DNA of 45,877 nt, from NCBI GenBank assembly GCA_026786085.1, contig JAJAYT010000409.1:1-45877 (forward strand), written 5' to 3'. The position numbers and the translations under genes were made by a program. This document shows, one piece after another, positions 1-9,387 of the stretch (positions within the stretch are counted from its first letter, which is position 1; each line of letters begins with the position of its first letter). A model generated the notes under the pieces. That model was not told the origin of the DNA. It did not search any database and was given only the letters and a program-made list of their open reading frames with translations. The DNA is from Microcoleus sp. CAN_BIN18 (GTDB lineage Bacteria; Cyanobacteriota; Cyanobacteriia; Cyanobacteriales; Microcoleaceae).

Positions 1-2
1 CT

Positions 3-131
3 TTTTCTATCATTCAACACTTCTGGTATGTTACCCATCACTGTGGAAACTGCTCTTACCATAAAGAGTACGAAGCAATAATCCCAGTCATTAGCAATGA
101 TGGCGGTGGTGGCGGTGGTGGCGGTGGTTAA
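3..131 (+). CDS. 3' end of an upstream gene (CxxC plus poly-Gly tail, possibly a TPM-domain protein), partial
   Basis: Open frame from the window edge reads FSIIQHFWYVTHHCGNCSYHKEYEAIIPVISNDGGGGGGGGG*, with TAA at 129-131. Confidence 0.5.
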   Translation, partial: FSIIQHFWYVTHHCGNCSYHKEYEAIIPVISNDGGGGGGGGG

Positions 132-160
132 TATCAACGGGACTTACGCATCACAACCAA

Positions 161-224
161 AGAAACCGGGTTTTTACTTAATCTGTGGGCTGTAACGAAG
201 TATTTCGGAAAAAACCCGGTTTCT
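161..224. repeat. Inverted-repeat (MITE/REP-like) element
   Basis: agaaaccgggttttt (161-175) ... aaaaacccggtttct (210-224). Confidence 0.7.
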
Positions 225-259
225 GAGCACCCGTTGATATATTGATATCACCAAAATTC

Positions 260-363
260 AGGAGACGGCAGTGCCGTTTCCCTACAAATAATCGGGCAAT
301 GGTTACATTTTCTATCGAGGAAAATTGATTTTTTTAGGGTAGGGAAACGGCATTCCCGTGTCC
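260..363. repeat. GTAG-type REP pair in inverted orientation
   Basis: ggagacggcagtgccgtttccctac and gtagggaaacggcattcccgtgtcc. Confidence 0.55.
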
Positions 364-416
364 GAAGTTCGTTGATTTTCAGATAAACCGATCGCACTTC
401 CTGCACAATCATATTC

Positions 417-542
417 CAAATATGACTTTTATGAACTTAATTAATGAATTTTATGAATTGACCTTCCAATAAATCTGTTGAATACTGATTGTAGTAAACA
501 AATTTTCCGTATATTTCAGCTTAAAGCAGGTTGAAAACTATG
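417..542 (+). repeat. Duplicated AT-rich promoter/5'UTR block, copy 1
   Basis: caaatatgacttttatgaacttaattaatgaatt...aaaactatg recurs at 3087-3207. Confidence 0.75.
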
Positions 543-766
543 ACTAAATCACGTTGGCTTTGCAAGCTTTTACCCTTAACAGTATCTTTCGCAACAACGA
601 TCGCACGCACCGAACGCCAACAGAAGTGGCAGAACACGTCTGTGAAGCCCTACGAGCCTATGATGTGCAGGCTGTGGACACGCTGAACGGTTTGATTTCG
701 CCGCCAGCAGAGTTGATGCAAACATTGACCGATCGCAAAATTGCTCAGGAACTGCAGAAAACCTAG
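540..766 (+). pseudogene. Probable gene relic or chimera behind the duplicated promoter
   Basis: ATG at 540 (position equivalent to the ATG at 3205) gives signal-like MTKSRWLCKLLPLTVSFA. A different frame (554-766) carries a protein-like C-terminus. No intact long ORF. Confidence 0.3.
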
Positions 767-805
767 CTAAAACTTGGTAATTCATAAAAATACAGGTGGA
801 AAATA

Positions 806-1927
806 ATGAAATTTATAGTTCAAAACAAACACATGAATGCACCAAAGTTGATGATAGTTGCTTTAAGTGCGATCGGTTTAGGATCGTGTGGAAATATATC
901 TTCTTTGTCAGTCGCACAGACGCAACCCGCAAACAAAATATTTGGTGATTGGTGTCGCGAAAAAGCTTCTTTAAGTCCAGAAACTAAACATACTGTTGAG
1001 GTACTTTTAGAACAAGCAGGAACTATTGAGTGCAATGCGGCTAATCAGAAACTTTCGAGTCTCACGCAACTCGAACTCAGCGACAATAAAATCACTGATA
1101 TCAAACCATTACAATCCTTGACTAAACTGACTTATCTCGAACTTAGATATAATAAAATCAGTGATATCAAGCCATTACAATCCTTGACTAACCTGACAAA
1201 TCTCACCATCAGCGATAGTCAAATCACTGACATCAAACCGCTAGCATCTTTGACTAACCTGACAAATCTCACCCTCAACTACAATCAAATCAGTAACATC
1301 AAACCGCTAGCATCTTTGACTAAACTGATTGGTCTCAAACTCAACAACAATCAAATCAGTGACATCAAACCGCTAGCATCTTTGAGTAAGCTGACTAGCC
1401 TCTATCTTGACAACAATCAAATCACCGACATCAAACCGCTAGCATCTTTGACTAAACTAAGTTCTCTGACCATCGACAATAATAAAATCAGCGACATTAA
1501 ACCGCTAATATCTTTAAAGGTGACGGAGTTCATTCTCAGCAACAATGAAATCAGCGATCTCAAACCACTAGCGTCTTTCACTAACCTGACTGCGCTCGCT
1601 CTAGACAACAATAAAATTAGCGATATTAAACCATTGGAATCTTTGACTAACCTGACTGAGCTCGCTCTAGACAACAATAAAATCAGGGACATCAAACCGC
1701 TGGCGTCTTTCACTAAACTAACTTTCCTCAGTATCGAGAAGATTGGAATCAGGGACATCAAGCCGCTAGCATCTTTGACTAACCTGACTGCACTCAACAT
1801 AAGAAATAATAAAATCAGCGATATCAAACCGCTAGAATCTTTGACTAAGCTGACACAACTCGGACTCATCGGAAATCCGATCGCCCCCAAAACTTGTCCT
1901 CTCAAACTAGAGTCTATCTGCTATTAG
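806..1927 (+). CDS. Internalin-like leucine-rich-repeat lipoprotein (about 13 repeats of 22 aa)
   Basis: LGSC lipobox-like signal; Cys N-cap FGDWC..C; repeats SLTxLTxLxLxxNxIxDIKPL; C-cap GNPIAPKTCP. Confidence 0.9.
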   Translation: MKFIVQNKHMNAPKLMIVALSAIGLGSCGNISSLSVAQTQPANKIFGDWCREKASLSPETKHTVEVLLEQAGTIECNAANQKLSSLTQLELSDNKITDIKPLQSLTKLTYLELRYNKISDIKPLQSLTNLTNLTISDSQITDIKPLASLTNLTNLTLNYNQISNIKPLASLTKLIGLKLNNNQISDIKPLASLSKLTSLYLDNNQITDIKPLASLTKLSSLTIDNNKISDIKPLISLKVTEFILSNNEISDLKPLASFTNLTALALDNNKISDIKPLESLTNLTELALDNNKIRDIKPLASFTKLTFLSIEKIGIRDIKPLASLTNLTALNIRNNKISDIKPLESLTKLTQLGLIGNPIAPKTCPLKLESICY

Positions 1928-1985
1928 GAACCATTGCTTAAATAATGGTAAAATTTGACAGTTCACCAAAGATAGCTACAAGATA

Positions 1986-2870
1986 ATGACACTTACATTT
2001 GGATGCAAACACATGAATTTACCAAGGTTGATGGCGGTAGTTGCTTTTAGTGAGATCGGTTTAGGATCGTGTGGAAATATATCTTCTTTGTCAGTCGCAC
2101 AAACACAACCCGCCAAAAAAACATTTGGTGATTGGTGTCGCGAAAAAGCTTCTTTAAGTCCAGAAACTAAACATACTGTTGAAGTGATGTTGCGGAAATC
2201 AAAGACTACTGACTGTGATGCGGCCGATCGGAAACTTTCGAGTCTCACGGAACTTTCCCTCGATAACAATGACATCAGCGACATCAAACCCTTGCAATCT
2301 TTGACTAAACTAACTGATCTAGGCCTTAGCAGAAATGAAATCAGCGACATCAAATCTTTGCAATTTTTGACTGAACTTACTCTGCTCTCCCTCGACAACA
2401 ATCAAATCAGTGACATTAAACCCTTACAGTCATTGACTAAGCTGAGTTTTCTCACTCTCGGCAACAATCAAATCAGTGATATCAAACCCTTACAATCCTT
2501 GACTGGACTGGATTCTCTCACTCTCGACAACAATCAAATCAGGAACATCCAACCCTTACAATCTTTGACTAGCGTGACTTTTATCGAACTCGGAACCAAT
2601 CAAATCAGCGATATCAAACCATTGCAATCCTTGACTAACCTGACTAATATCGGTCTCTACAACAATAAAATCAGCGATATCAAACCGTTGCAATCTTTGA
2701 CTAGACTGTCTAGCCTCAGTCTCGAAAACAATGAAATTAGTGACATCAAACCGCTAGAACTCTTGACTAAGCTGACTAGCCTCGGTCTCGGCGGAAATCC
2801 GATCGCCCCCAAAACTTGCCCTCTCAAACCAGAGTCTATCTGCCATTGGGTACCACTACCTAAATCATAA
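1986..2870 (+). CDS. Internalin-like leucine-rich-repeat lipoprotein (about 9 repeats), tandem paralog
   Basis: N-cap and C-cap nearly identical to 806-1927, with different internal repeats. Confidence 0.9.
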   Translation: MTLTFGCKHMNLPRLMAVVAFSEIGLGSCGNISSLSVAQTQPAKKTFGDWCREKASLSPETKHTVEVMLRKSKTTDCDAADRKLSSLTELSLDNNDISDIKPLQSLTKLTDLGLSRNEISDIKSLQFLTELTLLSLDNNQISDIKPLQSLTKLSFLTLGNNQISDIKPLQSLTGLDSLTLDNNQIRNIQPLQSLTSVTFIELGTNQISDIKPLQSLTNLTNIGLYNNKISDIKPLQSLTRLSSLSLENNEISDIKPLELLTKLTSLGLGGNPIAPKTCPLKPESICHWVPLPKS

Positions 2871-2889
2871 AACTTTACTGTTCAGGGAA

Positions 2890-2950
2890 TTAAAGGTGCA
2901 AAATTATGAAGTTTATAGTTGCACACAAACACATGAATTTACCAAAGCCG
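2890..2950 (+). pseudogene. 5' relic of a third LRR gene copy
   Basis: aggtgcaaaattatgaagtttatagttgcacacaaacacatgaatttaccaaag matches the start region of the LRR genes (about 794-848), then diverges at a HIP1-like site. Confidence 0.55.
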
Positions 2951-3086
2951 ATCGCACTTACTTGTTCTACGATCCTAGCATTACCGGGAAATACACTGTG
3001 TGCGATCGCACCATAAAACGCGATCCGCACACAGCAAAAACCCCTGAAACTCACGTGGGGTGGGCATCCTGCTCGCCCAAAACATA

Positions 3087-3207
3087 CAAATATGACTTTT
3101 ATGAACTTAATTAATGAATTTAATGAATTGACTTTAACCGCAATCTCTTGAATAATGATTGTAACTAACAACTTTTCAGTAGAAATCATATAAGGAGAAA
3201 AACTATG
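3087..3207 (+). repeat. Duplicated AT-rich promoter/5'UTR block, copy 2, with RBS aggag
   Basis: Homologous to 417-542; precedes the ATG at 3205. Confidence 0.75.
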
Positions 3208-4620
3208 TCCCAAGATAACAGAAAAAGTCCCCCACCCATATTTTTTATTATTGCTCTCGTCTTAATTGGGTTTGGCGCATTCAAGTTTCTTCCCGGTTTA
3301 TTCGCATCCAAAAGTTCAGATACGCCTACACCTGATTCTCCATCTACATCTACAACGGGTGCGAGTCCATCGGGTGCGATCGCAACTCGCATCAGTTTAG
3401 GAAATCAGCTATTGGTGACATCCCAAACCACACCAGACAAACAAGCAGGTATTGAAGCTTTTAAGAGCGGAGATTTCTCAACTGCGATTCAAAAATTTCA
3501 GGCTTCCCTAAAACAAACTCGCAACGATCCAGAAACAGTTATTTATTTGAATAATGCCACAGCCAGCAGTGGTTCTTCCTTGAAAATTGCTGTCAGCGTC
3601 CCCATTGGTAGCAACCCCAATGTCGCTCAAGAAATCCTCCGAGGTGTCGCTCAAGCTCAATCTGAAGTCAATAATAGCGGTGGCATCAATGGCGCAAAAC
3701 TGCAAGTAGAAATTGTCAACGATGACAACAATCCAGCAATTGTCAAAGAAGTTGCAAACACATTGACAAAAGATCCAACAATACTAGCAGTAATTGGACA
3801 CAATGCTAGCAACGCCTCTCTCGAAGCTGCTCCGATTTATCAGCAAGAAAAACTGGTAATGGTGACACCGACTAGCTTTGCCAATAATCTCTCTGGATTT
3901 GGCAGTTACATCTTTCGGACTATCCCGAAGATTAGCATTATGGCCGCTCCCTTAGCAGAATATGCAGTCAAAACAGGCAAAACTAATATTGCTATTTGTT
4001 ATGACTCCCAAGCACCGGATAATATATCATTTAAAGATGAATTTGTGGCGGCTCTAACTGTTGCTGGAGGCAAATTAGTTCCCACTGTTTGCGACTTTTC
4101 ACTCCCTTCTTTTACTCCCGAAAGTGCGATCGCCGATGCAACTAGCAAAGGTGCACAAGGATTGATGTTAGCACCCCACATCGATCGCATCGATCGCGCA
4201 ATTTCTCTGGCTCGCATCAATCAAGGCAAATTGCCACTCTACGGCAGCACCACAATGTACACCTTTCAAACGTTAAAAGATGGGCAAAAGAGCGTTGACG
4301 GGCTTGTTTTGCCTGTTCCCTGGCATCCTGAAACCAATCCCGGTAGCACTTTCCCCAAGAATGCTACTCAGTTGTGGGGAGGAGTAGTAAATTGGCGCAC
4401 CGCAACGAGTTTTGATGCGACTCAAGCTGTCATCGCGGGATTGAAGCAAAGTAATACGCGGGAAGGGTTACAACAAGCACTCAAAAGTCCGAGTTTCTCG
4501 GCAACGGGAGCAAGTGAGGATGTGAGATTTTTGCCAACGGGCGATCGGGCTGGGAAGCCGATTTTAGTACAAGTTAAACAAGGAGGAAGCTCTGGCTATA
4601 ACTTTGTCCCGTTGCGGTAA
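3205..4620 (+). CDS. ABC transporter substrate-binding protein, LivJ/LivK (periplasmic binding protein type 1) family, with N-terminal TM anchor
   Basis: GGINGAKL, AVIGHNAS, YIFRT motifs; N-terminal hydrophobic helix; cyanobacterial NDPE..IYLNNA linker. Confidence 0.85.
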   Translation: MSQDNRKSPPPIFFIIALVLIGFGAFKFLPGLFASKSSDTPTPDSPSTSTTGASPSGAIATRISLGNQLLVTSQTTPDKQAGIEAFKSGDFSTAIQKFQASLKQTRNDPETVIYLNNATASSGSSLKIAVSVPIGSNPNVAQEILRGVAQAQSEVNNSGGINGAKLQVEIVNDDNNPAIVKEVANTLTKDPTILAVIGHNASNASLEAAPIYQQEKLVMVTPTSFANNLSGFGSYIFRTIPKISIMAAPLAEYAVKTGKTNIAICYDSQAPDNISFKDEFVAALTVAGGKLVPTVCDFSLPSFTPESAIADATSKGAQGLMLAPHIDRIDRAISLARINQGKLPLYGSTTMYTFQTLKDGQKSVDGLVLPVPWHPETNPGSTFPKNATQLWGGVVNWRTATSFDATQAVIAGLKQSNTREGLQQALKSPSFSATGASEDVRFLPTGDRAGKPILVQVKQGGSSGYNFVPLR

Positions 4621-4642
4621 GTTTGCTTTTGTGCGATCGAAG

Positions 4643-4708
4643 GGGCGGGCTTTCCTGCCCACCCCACAATCAAATTAACTCTTTGTGGAACAGGCATCTT
4701 GCCTGTTT
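4643..4708. repeat. GTGG-type REP palindromes; family members also near 3054-3078, 20455-20480 and 35885-35909
   Basis: gggcgggctttcctgcccaccccac; gtggaacaggcatcttgcctgtt. Confidence 0.6.
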
Positions 4709-4784
4709 CTGAGCTAATTTTACATTTAATTAGAATAATTTTTATGATAAGCTGGAATCAGTCGATTAAAGGAGAAAGTTGTGT

Positions 4785-5378
4785 ATGATCGCGCAAGTTG
4801 AAACGAAAACCTACACGGCTGAGGAATATCTAGAATTGGAAATCAATTCTGAAGAGCGACATGAATTTATCAATGGGGAGATAATTCTGATGGCAGGTGG
4901 CACACCAAATCATAGCGAAATTACGAGCATCTTAAATTCTGTATTGAGAGTAAGTCTCAAGGGTAAACCTTACAGTATTTTTGCATCAGATCAACGGCTT
5001 TTGGTTCCGCAGTTTAACAAATATACTTACCCTGATGTGATGGTAGTAGCGCGCCCTATCGAATTACAATCTGGACGGACGGATACAATTACCAATCCTG
5101 TGCTGATTGCGGAAGTGCTTTCTAAAAGTACCAAAGCTTATGATCGTGATGAAAAGTTTGCAGCCTATCGCAGTATTCCTACTTTTCAGGAGTATTTATT
5201 GATTGACCAATATCGGCTACAGGTGCAGCAATACTCGAAAACTGACGCGAATAAGTGGATTTTTTCGGAATATAGCTGTGCGGGCGATCGAGTTTCATTA
5301 ACTTCTATTCCTGTGGAATTTTCGGTGGCAGATTTATATGAAAATATTGAGTTTGATGTGATGCCAAATCCGGCTTAA
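4785..5378 (+). CDS. Uma2 family (DUF820) putative endonuclease
   Basis: YTAEEYL..RHEFINGEI.MAGGT.NH, YPDV, EVLSKST, YLLIDQ; ATG at 4785. Confidence 0.9.
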   Translation: MIAQVETKTYTAEEYLELEINSEERHEFINGEIILMAGGTPNHSEITSILNSVLRVSLKGKPYSIFASDQRLLVPQFNKYTYPDVMVVARPIELQSGRTDTITNPVLIAEVLSKSTKAYDRDEKFAAYRSIPTFQEYLLIDQYRLQVQQYSKTDANKWIFSEYSCAGDRVSLTSIPVEFSVADLYENIEFDVMPNPA

Positions 5379-5427
5379 ATATCGAGGCGGATTTGGTTTG
5401 TATAGCAGCAGTTTAAATCGCCCACTC

Positions 5428-6285
5428 TTATTCACCGATCGCCCCTGAATTCCTCCCTCTAACTAATAACCCGTGTTTCGGGGCAAAAATCATCGCCAAC
5501 ACAAACAACAGCGTTTGCAGCACCACAATACATCCGCCCGTCGAACCATCTATGTGATAGCTGATATATGTTCCCATGACACTAGAAAAGACACCACTTG
5601 CGATCGCAATTAGCGTCATATGGTCAAAATTATCACTCAACAAATACGCCGTAGCCCCCGGAGTCACCAACATTGCTACCACCAAAATAATCCCCACAGT
5701 CTGAAGTCCCGCCACAGCCGTCAGAGATAGCAAAGACAGCAACACATAATAGAGAAAAGTGATATTTAAACCGATCGATCGCGCGTGAGTCGAGTCAAAA
5801 CAAAACAAAACTAAATCTTTGCGTAAAATTGCCAACGTTACCAGAGTAATAACACTAATGATTACCGTTTGCAGAATGTCTGCGTCCGAAATACCCAAGA
5901 CATTGCCAAACAAAATATGCGTTAAGTCGATCGAGCTTTTGACTTTAGAAATTAACACTAAACCAAAGGCAAAAAAGCCCGTAAACACTAAACCAATCAC
6001 CGTATCCTCTTTAACACGAGTTTTCGCTTTGATAAAGCCGATCGCAATTACCGAACCAACCCCAAACACAAAAGCCCCCACAGCCAACGGAATATTCAGC
6101 ACATAGGCAATCACAACCCCCGGCATCACCGCATGAGAAACCGCATCACCCATCAAAGCCCAACCTTTCAAAGTCATATAGCAAGAAAGCGCCGAACAAA
6201 CCAGCCCTACTAAAGCGCTGACTAAAATTGCTTTCACCATAAATTCATGCTGAAATGGTGCCACCAACCACTGAATCAAATCCAT
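5428..6285 (-). CDS. mntB: Mn/Zn ABC transporter permease
   Basis: GWALMGDAVSHAVMPG, LFGNVLGI; in operon with ATPase and substrate-binding protein. Confidence 0.85.
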   Translation of the reverse strand: MDLIQWLVAPFQHEFMVKAILVSALVGLVCSALSCYMTLKGWALMGDAVSHAVMPGVVIAYVLNIPLAVGAFVFGVGSVIAIGFIKAKTRVKEDTVIGLVFTGFFAFGLVLISKVKSSIDLTHILFGNVLGISDADILQTVIISVITLVTLAILRKDLVLFCFDSTHARSIGLNITFLYYVLLSLLSLTAVAGLQTVGIILVVAMLVTPGATAYLLSDNFDHMTLIAIASGVFSSVMGTYISYHIDGSTGGCIVVLQTLLFVLAMIFAPKHGLLVRGRNSGAIGE

Positions 6286-7061
6286 TACTGTTCCTCCTGA
6301 TTGACTTGAGTTGACCGACTTTTAGCAGACGAGAAATCGCCAACCGAACCGCCAAAGGTGCGGGAAAGATTTTCCTCAGTAAACACTTCAGAAGTGTTAC
6401 CATAGGCGAGAATACTGCGATTAATTAAGACTACTTGGTCGCAAAATGTGGTGATAGAGGCTAAATCGTGGGTTGAAACGAGAATTGTATGTCCTGTTTG
6501 ACGCAGTTCCATTAACAAATTAATCATCATTTTCTCGGTTTTGATATCGACTCCAGCAAAGGGTTCATCCAACAGCAAAACGGTTCCCTGTTGCGCCAAT
6601 GCCCGCGCAAAAAAGGTGCGTTTCTTTTGTCCGCCGGATAACTCTCCGATTTGCCGATCGCACATATGCCACATTTCCACCCTTTCCAAGCTTTCTCGCA
6701 CCGCTTGTTTATCGATCGATCGCGGAATCCGCAACAGATTCATGTAGCCATAGCGTCCCATCATCACCACATCATAAACGTTCACCGGAAAATTCCAATC
6801 TACCTCTTCCGACTGAGGCACATAGGCAACCAGATTACTTTTTTGGACTTGACGAATCGGCAAACCATTAATTAAAACTCGTCCGCTGTTTGGCTTCACA
6901 AACCCCATAATGGCCTTGAACAACGTCGATTTTCCCGCGCCATTCATCCCCACTAATCCACAAATTGTCCCCGCTTGGAGTTGCAGCGAGGCGCTGTGCA
7001 AGGCTACTTTGCCGTGATAAGCAACCGTCACATTCTCAATATCAATGCCGATTTCATTCAT
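6285..7061 (-). CDS. mntA: Mn ABC transporter ATP-binding protein
   Basis: [33 protein letters not shown]. Confidence 0.85.
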   Translation of the reverse strand: MNEIGIDIENVTVAYHGKVALHSASLQLQAGTICGLVGMNGAGKSTLFKAIMGFVKPNSGRVLINGLPIRQVQKSNLVAYVPQSEEVDWNFPVNVYDVVMMGRYGYMNLLRIPRSIDKQAVRESLERVEMWHMCDRQIGELSGGQKKRTFFARALAQQGTVLLLDEPFAGVDIKTEKMMINLLMELRQTGHTILVSTHDLASITTFCDQVVLINRSILAYGNTSEVFTEENLSRTFGGSVGDFSSAKSRSTQVNQEEQ

Positions 7062-7074
7062 GTTCTTTTCTCCT

Positions 7075-8052
7075 TTACTTGCTCTGTAGTCCTTTTATCA
7101 AAGTATTGACGTTATATTCAAGTAACTTAAGATAGGTTGATGCTGGGCCATCGGAGGGAGACAGGGAATCGACATAAAACACCCCGCCAAATTTGGCGCC
7201 TGTTTCCTTGGCTACCTGAAGCTGTCCTTCGTTGCTGATGGTACTCTCGCAGAATACAGCAGGTATTTGGTTTGCCTTGACTGTATTAATCACCCGTTCG
7301 ACTTGTTTCGGTGTGGATTGCTGTTCGGCGTTGACAGGCCAAATATAAACTTCTTTCAAACCGTAATCGTTGGCAAGGTAAGAAAAAGCACCTTCACAAC
7401 TTACTATGTAGCGTTTGTCCGGGGGAATGCCTGAAATAGCTTGTTTGAGTTTGGCGTCGATAGCCCGAATTTCTTCACTGTATTTTGCCGCATTTGCGTC
7501 ATAGGTTCCAGCATTAGCCGGATCGATATTTCCTAATGCCTTGCGAATATTATCAACATAAATCAAAGCATTTTTGGGCGACATCCAAGCATGGGGATTT
7601 GGTTTGCCTCGATAGGCATCGCCAGCAATATTAATGGGTTGGACTCCCTCGCTCAAAGTAATGTGGGGAACCTTGGGAAAACTGTTATAAAATCGAGTTG
7701 CCCAGCGTTCTAAGTTCAAGCCATTTTCTAAAATCAAATCGGCATTTTGCCCTCGTGTTAAGTCGCTGGGGGTGACTTCGTAGCCGTGAATTTCCGCACC
7801 GGGTTTGGTAATTGATTGAACAGTTGCCTTGTCACCGGCGACGTTCTGCGCCATGTCTGCCAGCACCGTGAAGGTGGTGAGAATGACTTTTTTGTCTTTT
7901 CGGGTCAAATCGGCGGCGGTTGGGCTAGAAGCTGGATTTTGGTTGGTTTGAGGCTGGGTCGTCTGAGTGTTGCACCCGCTGAGCCAAACTCCTAGTAATA
8001 GCCCGAATATACCAATTTTATACGTTTTACGGCAGAGCGCCTGATGATTCAT
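7075..8052 (-). CDS. mntC: Mn ABC transporter substrate-binding lipoprotein
   Basis: LSGC lipobox; [28 protein letters not shown]. Confidence 0.85.
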   Translation of the reverse strand: MNHQALCRKTYKIGIFGLLLGVWLSGCNTQTTQPQTNQNPASSPTAADLTRKDKKVILTTFTVLADMAQNVAGDKATVQSITKPGAEIHGYEVTPSDLTRGQNADLILENGLNLERWATRFYNSFPKVPHITLSEGVQPINIAGDAYRGKPNPHAWMSPKNALIYVDNIRKALGNIDPANAGTYDANAAKYSEEIRAIDAKLKQAISGIPPDKRYIVSCEGAFSYLANDYGLKEVYIWPVNAEQQSTPKQVERVINTVKANQIPAVFCESTISNEGQLQVAKETGAKFGGVFYVDSLSPSDGPASTYLKLLEYNVNTLIKGLQSK

Positions 8053-8058
8053 TCTGGT

Positions 8059-8123
8059 TTTTTATAATTCTTTCATTCTTTTAATTTAGCATAAAACCAG
8101 AAATAATGAAAGAATTATGAAAA
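8059..8123. promoter_or_regulatory. Two inverted ManR-like boxes upstream of mntCAB
   Basis: aatgaaagaattatgaaaa (8105-8123) and an 18/19 reverse complement at 8059-8077; resembles the (T/A)ATGA(G/A)A(A/G) direct-repeat ManR site. Confidence 0.65.
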
Positions 8124-8241
8124 TGGGAAGATTTTGGCGATCGGGCATAGCCCTAACGCCAGCTTCGCTTACGCTCTTTTTATTCAGAGTTGCCATTTTC
8201 ATTACTTGCAAAGTTATAATGTAATCAATTATCATATTCCC

Positions 8242-8670
8242 ATGCCAATTCCACAGATTGTTCTTGATACCAACATCATTGTTTCTGGCTTGCGTTCTAG
8301 GAAAGGTAGTGCTTTTCGCTTACTAGAATTAGTAGGTACAGGGGCATTTGATATCCATCTTTCCGTGCCATTGGTGCTAGAATATCGAGAGGTATTGTTG
8401 AGAGAGTTACCGAATCTTTATGTCAGTGCCACAGATATTGAAGATTTCATAGAATTTCACTGCTCCGTCGCCACAAGACATCGCATTTTCTTTCTATGGC
8501 GACCCTATCTACCCGATCCTAAAGACGACATGGTACTGGAACTAGCGGTTACAGCAAGATGTGATAGTGTAGTAACGTACAACATTCGTGACTTTTTTGG
8601 CATTGAGCGGTTTGGGATAAGAGCGATCGCACCTGCTGAGTTTTTAAGAGCTATTGGAGCCTTGCTATGA
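8242..8670 (+). CDS. PIN-domain toxin (putative TA system)
   Basis: IVLDTN, LSVPLVLEY, DPKDDMVLELA, VTYNIRDF; ATG at 8242 preferred over TTG at 8134. Confidence 0.85.
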   Translation: MPIPQIVLDTNIIVSGLRSRKGSAFRLLELVGTGAFDIHLSVPLVLEYREVLLRELPNLYVSATDIEDFIEFHCSVATRHRIFFLWRPYLPDPKDDMVLELAVTARCDSVVTYNIRDFFGIERFGIRAIAPAEFLRAIGALL

Positions 8671-8912
8671 GTAATTTGAATGTTCAACTTCCTGACTCAT
8701 TGTACAAAAATTTGCAAGCGTTAGCCTCGCAAGATGGGATTTCTATCGATCAATTTATAGCGACAGCAGTTGCGGAAAAGCTGTCGGCGTTGATGACCGA
8801 AACCTACTTAGAAGATTTAGCAAAGCAAGGAATTCGCCAGAAGTATGACGCTGTTTTAGCTAAAGTTCCAGATGTTGAACCCGAACTCTATGACGAGTTG
8901 CCACCGGCGTAA
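8667..8912 (+). CDS. Ribbon-helix-helix (HicB-like) antitoxin
   Basis: LNVQLPDSLY..LA..DGISIDQFI..AVAEKL; ATGA overlap with the PIN gene. Confidence 0.8.
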   Translation: MSNLNVQLPDSLYKNLQALASQDGISIDQFIATAVAEKLSALMTETYLEDLAKQGIRQKYDAVLAKVPDVEPELYDELPPA

Positions 8913-8958
8913 AAATTCGGTTGCACCTAATAGTAAATCAAGACTATCTTCTCCCAAG

Positions 8959-9069
8959 ATGCTACTTTTTCCTACCGCCGATCCAATTCTCCTTGTTACC
9001 GACGAAAATGGTGCAATCCGCATCAGTAAAACCCGCGTCACCTTAGATACGGTTGTTACTGCTGTATAA
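8959..9069 (+). pseudogene. Truncated DUF433-family antitoxin fragment
   Basis: MLLFPTADPILLVTDENGAIRISKTRVTLDTVVTAV* matches the DUF433 N-terminus (G.IRI..TRVTLDTVV) and stops early. Confidence 0.6.
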
Positions 9070-9114
9070 TCAGTTTTTTGTCAAATATCCAAAATAGTGG
9101 TATTATTCCCGTAT

Positions 9115-9272
9115 ATCGATCGGCTCTGATGACAAACACACATCAGACGTAAGGGGGAAAGTTCGGTGCGAATCCGGCGCTGTCCCGCAACTGTAATGAG
9201 ATTCTTTCATCTCTGAGTCAGGATGCCCGCCGATTTGTTTACCTGTTATTTTCATCTGCGAGGTATGGATGA
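9115..9272 (+). ncRNA. Cobalamin (B12) riboswitch
   Basis: P1 atcgg/ccgat; P2 tctgatg/catcaga; gggaaagttcggtgcgaatccggcgctgtcccgcaactgtaa; B12-box gagtcagga; downstream hairpin tcatc-tgcgaggtatg-gatga containing the RBS. Confidence 0.92.
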
Positions 9273-9382
9273 TGGTTAGTTCACTATTTTTACAGTTAAT
9301 CTGCTGTTGTGCTCCTTTGGACGATCGACAAAAACGTACTTCTGAGTTAAAACCGCTTTTCGTCGGCGCAACGGGAAACTAA
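9269..9382 (+). CDS. Putative 37-aa peptide with a CCC motif (not in ORF track)
   Basis: MMVSSLFLQLICCCAPLDDRQKRTSELKPLFVGATGN*; GAGGT just upstream within the riboswitch hairpin; stop is 5 nt before the next ATG. Confidence 0.45.
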   Translation: MMVSSLFLQLICCCAPLDDRQKRTSELKPLFVGATGN

Positions 9383-9387
9383 AAGAA

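Noticed and set aside
1417-2401. Antisense ORFs 1417-1905 and 1976-2401
   Set aside because: They are shadows of the repetitive LRR coding strand
806-2870. Diversity-generating retroelement acting on the LRR genes
   Set aside because: No reverse transcriptase in the window and no template/variable repeat pair differing only at adenines was seen
2896-3114. 72-aa ORF between the LRR and Liv-type genes
   Set aside because: It is a patchwork of an LRR 5' stub, a REP palindrome and the duplicated promoter block
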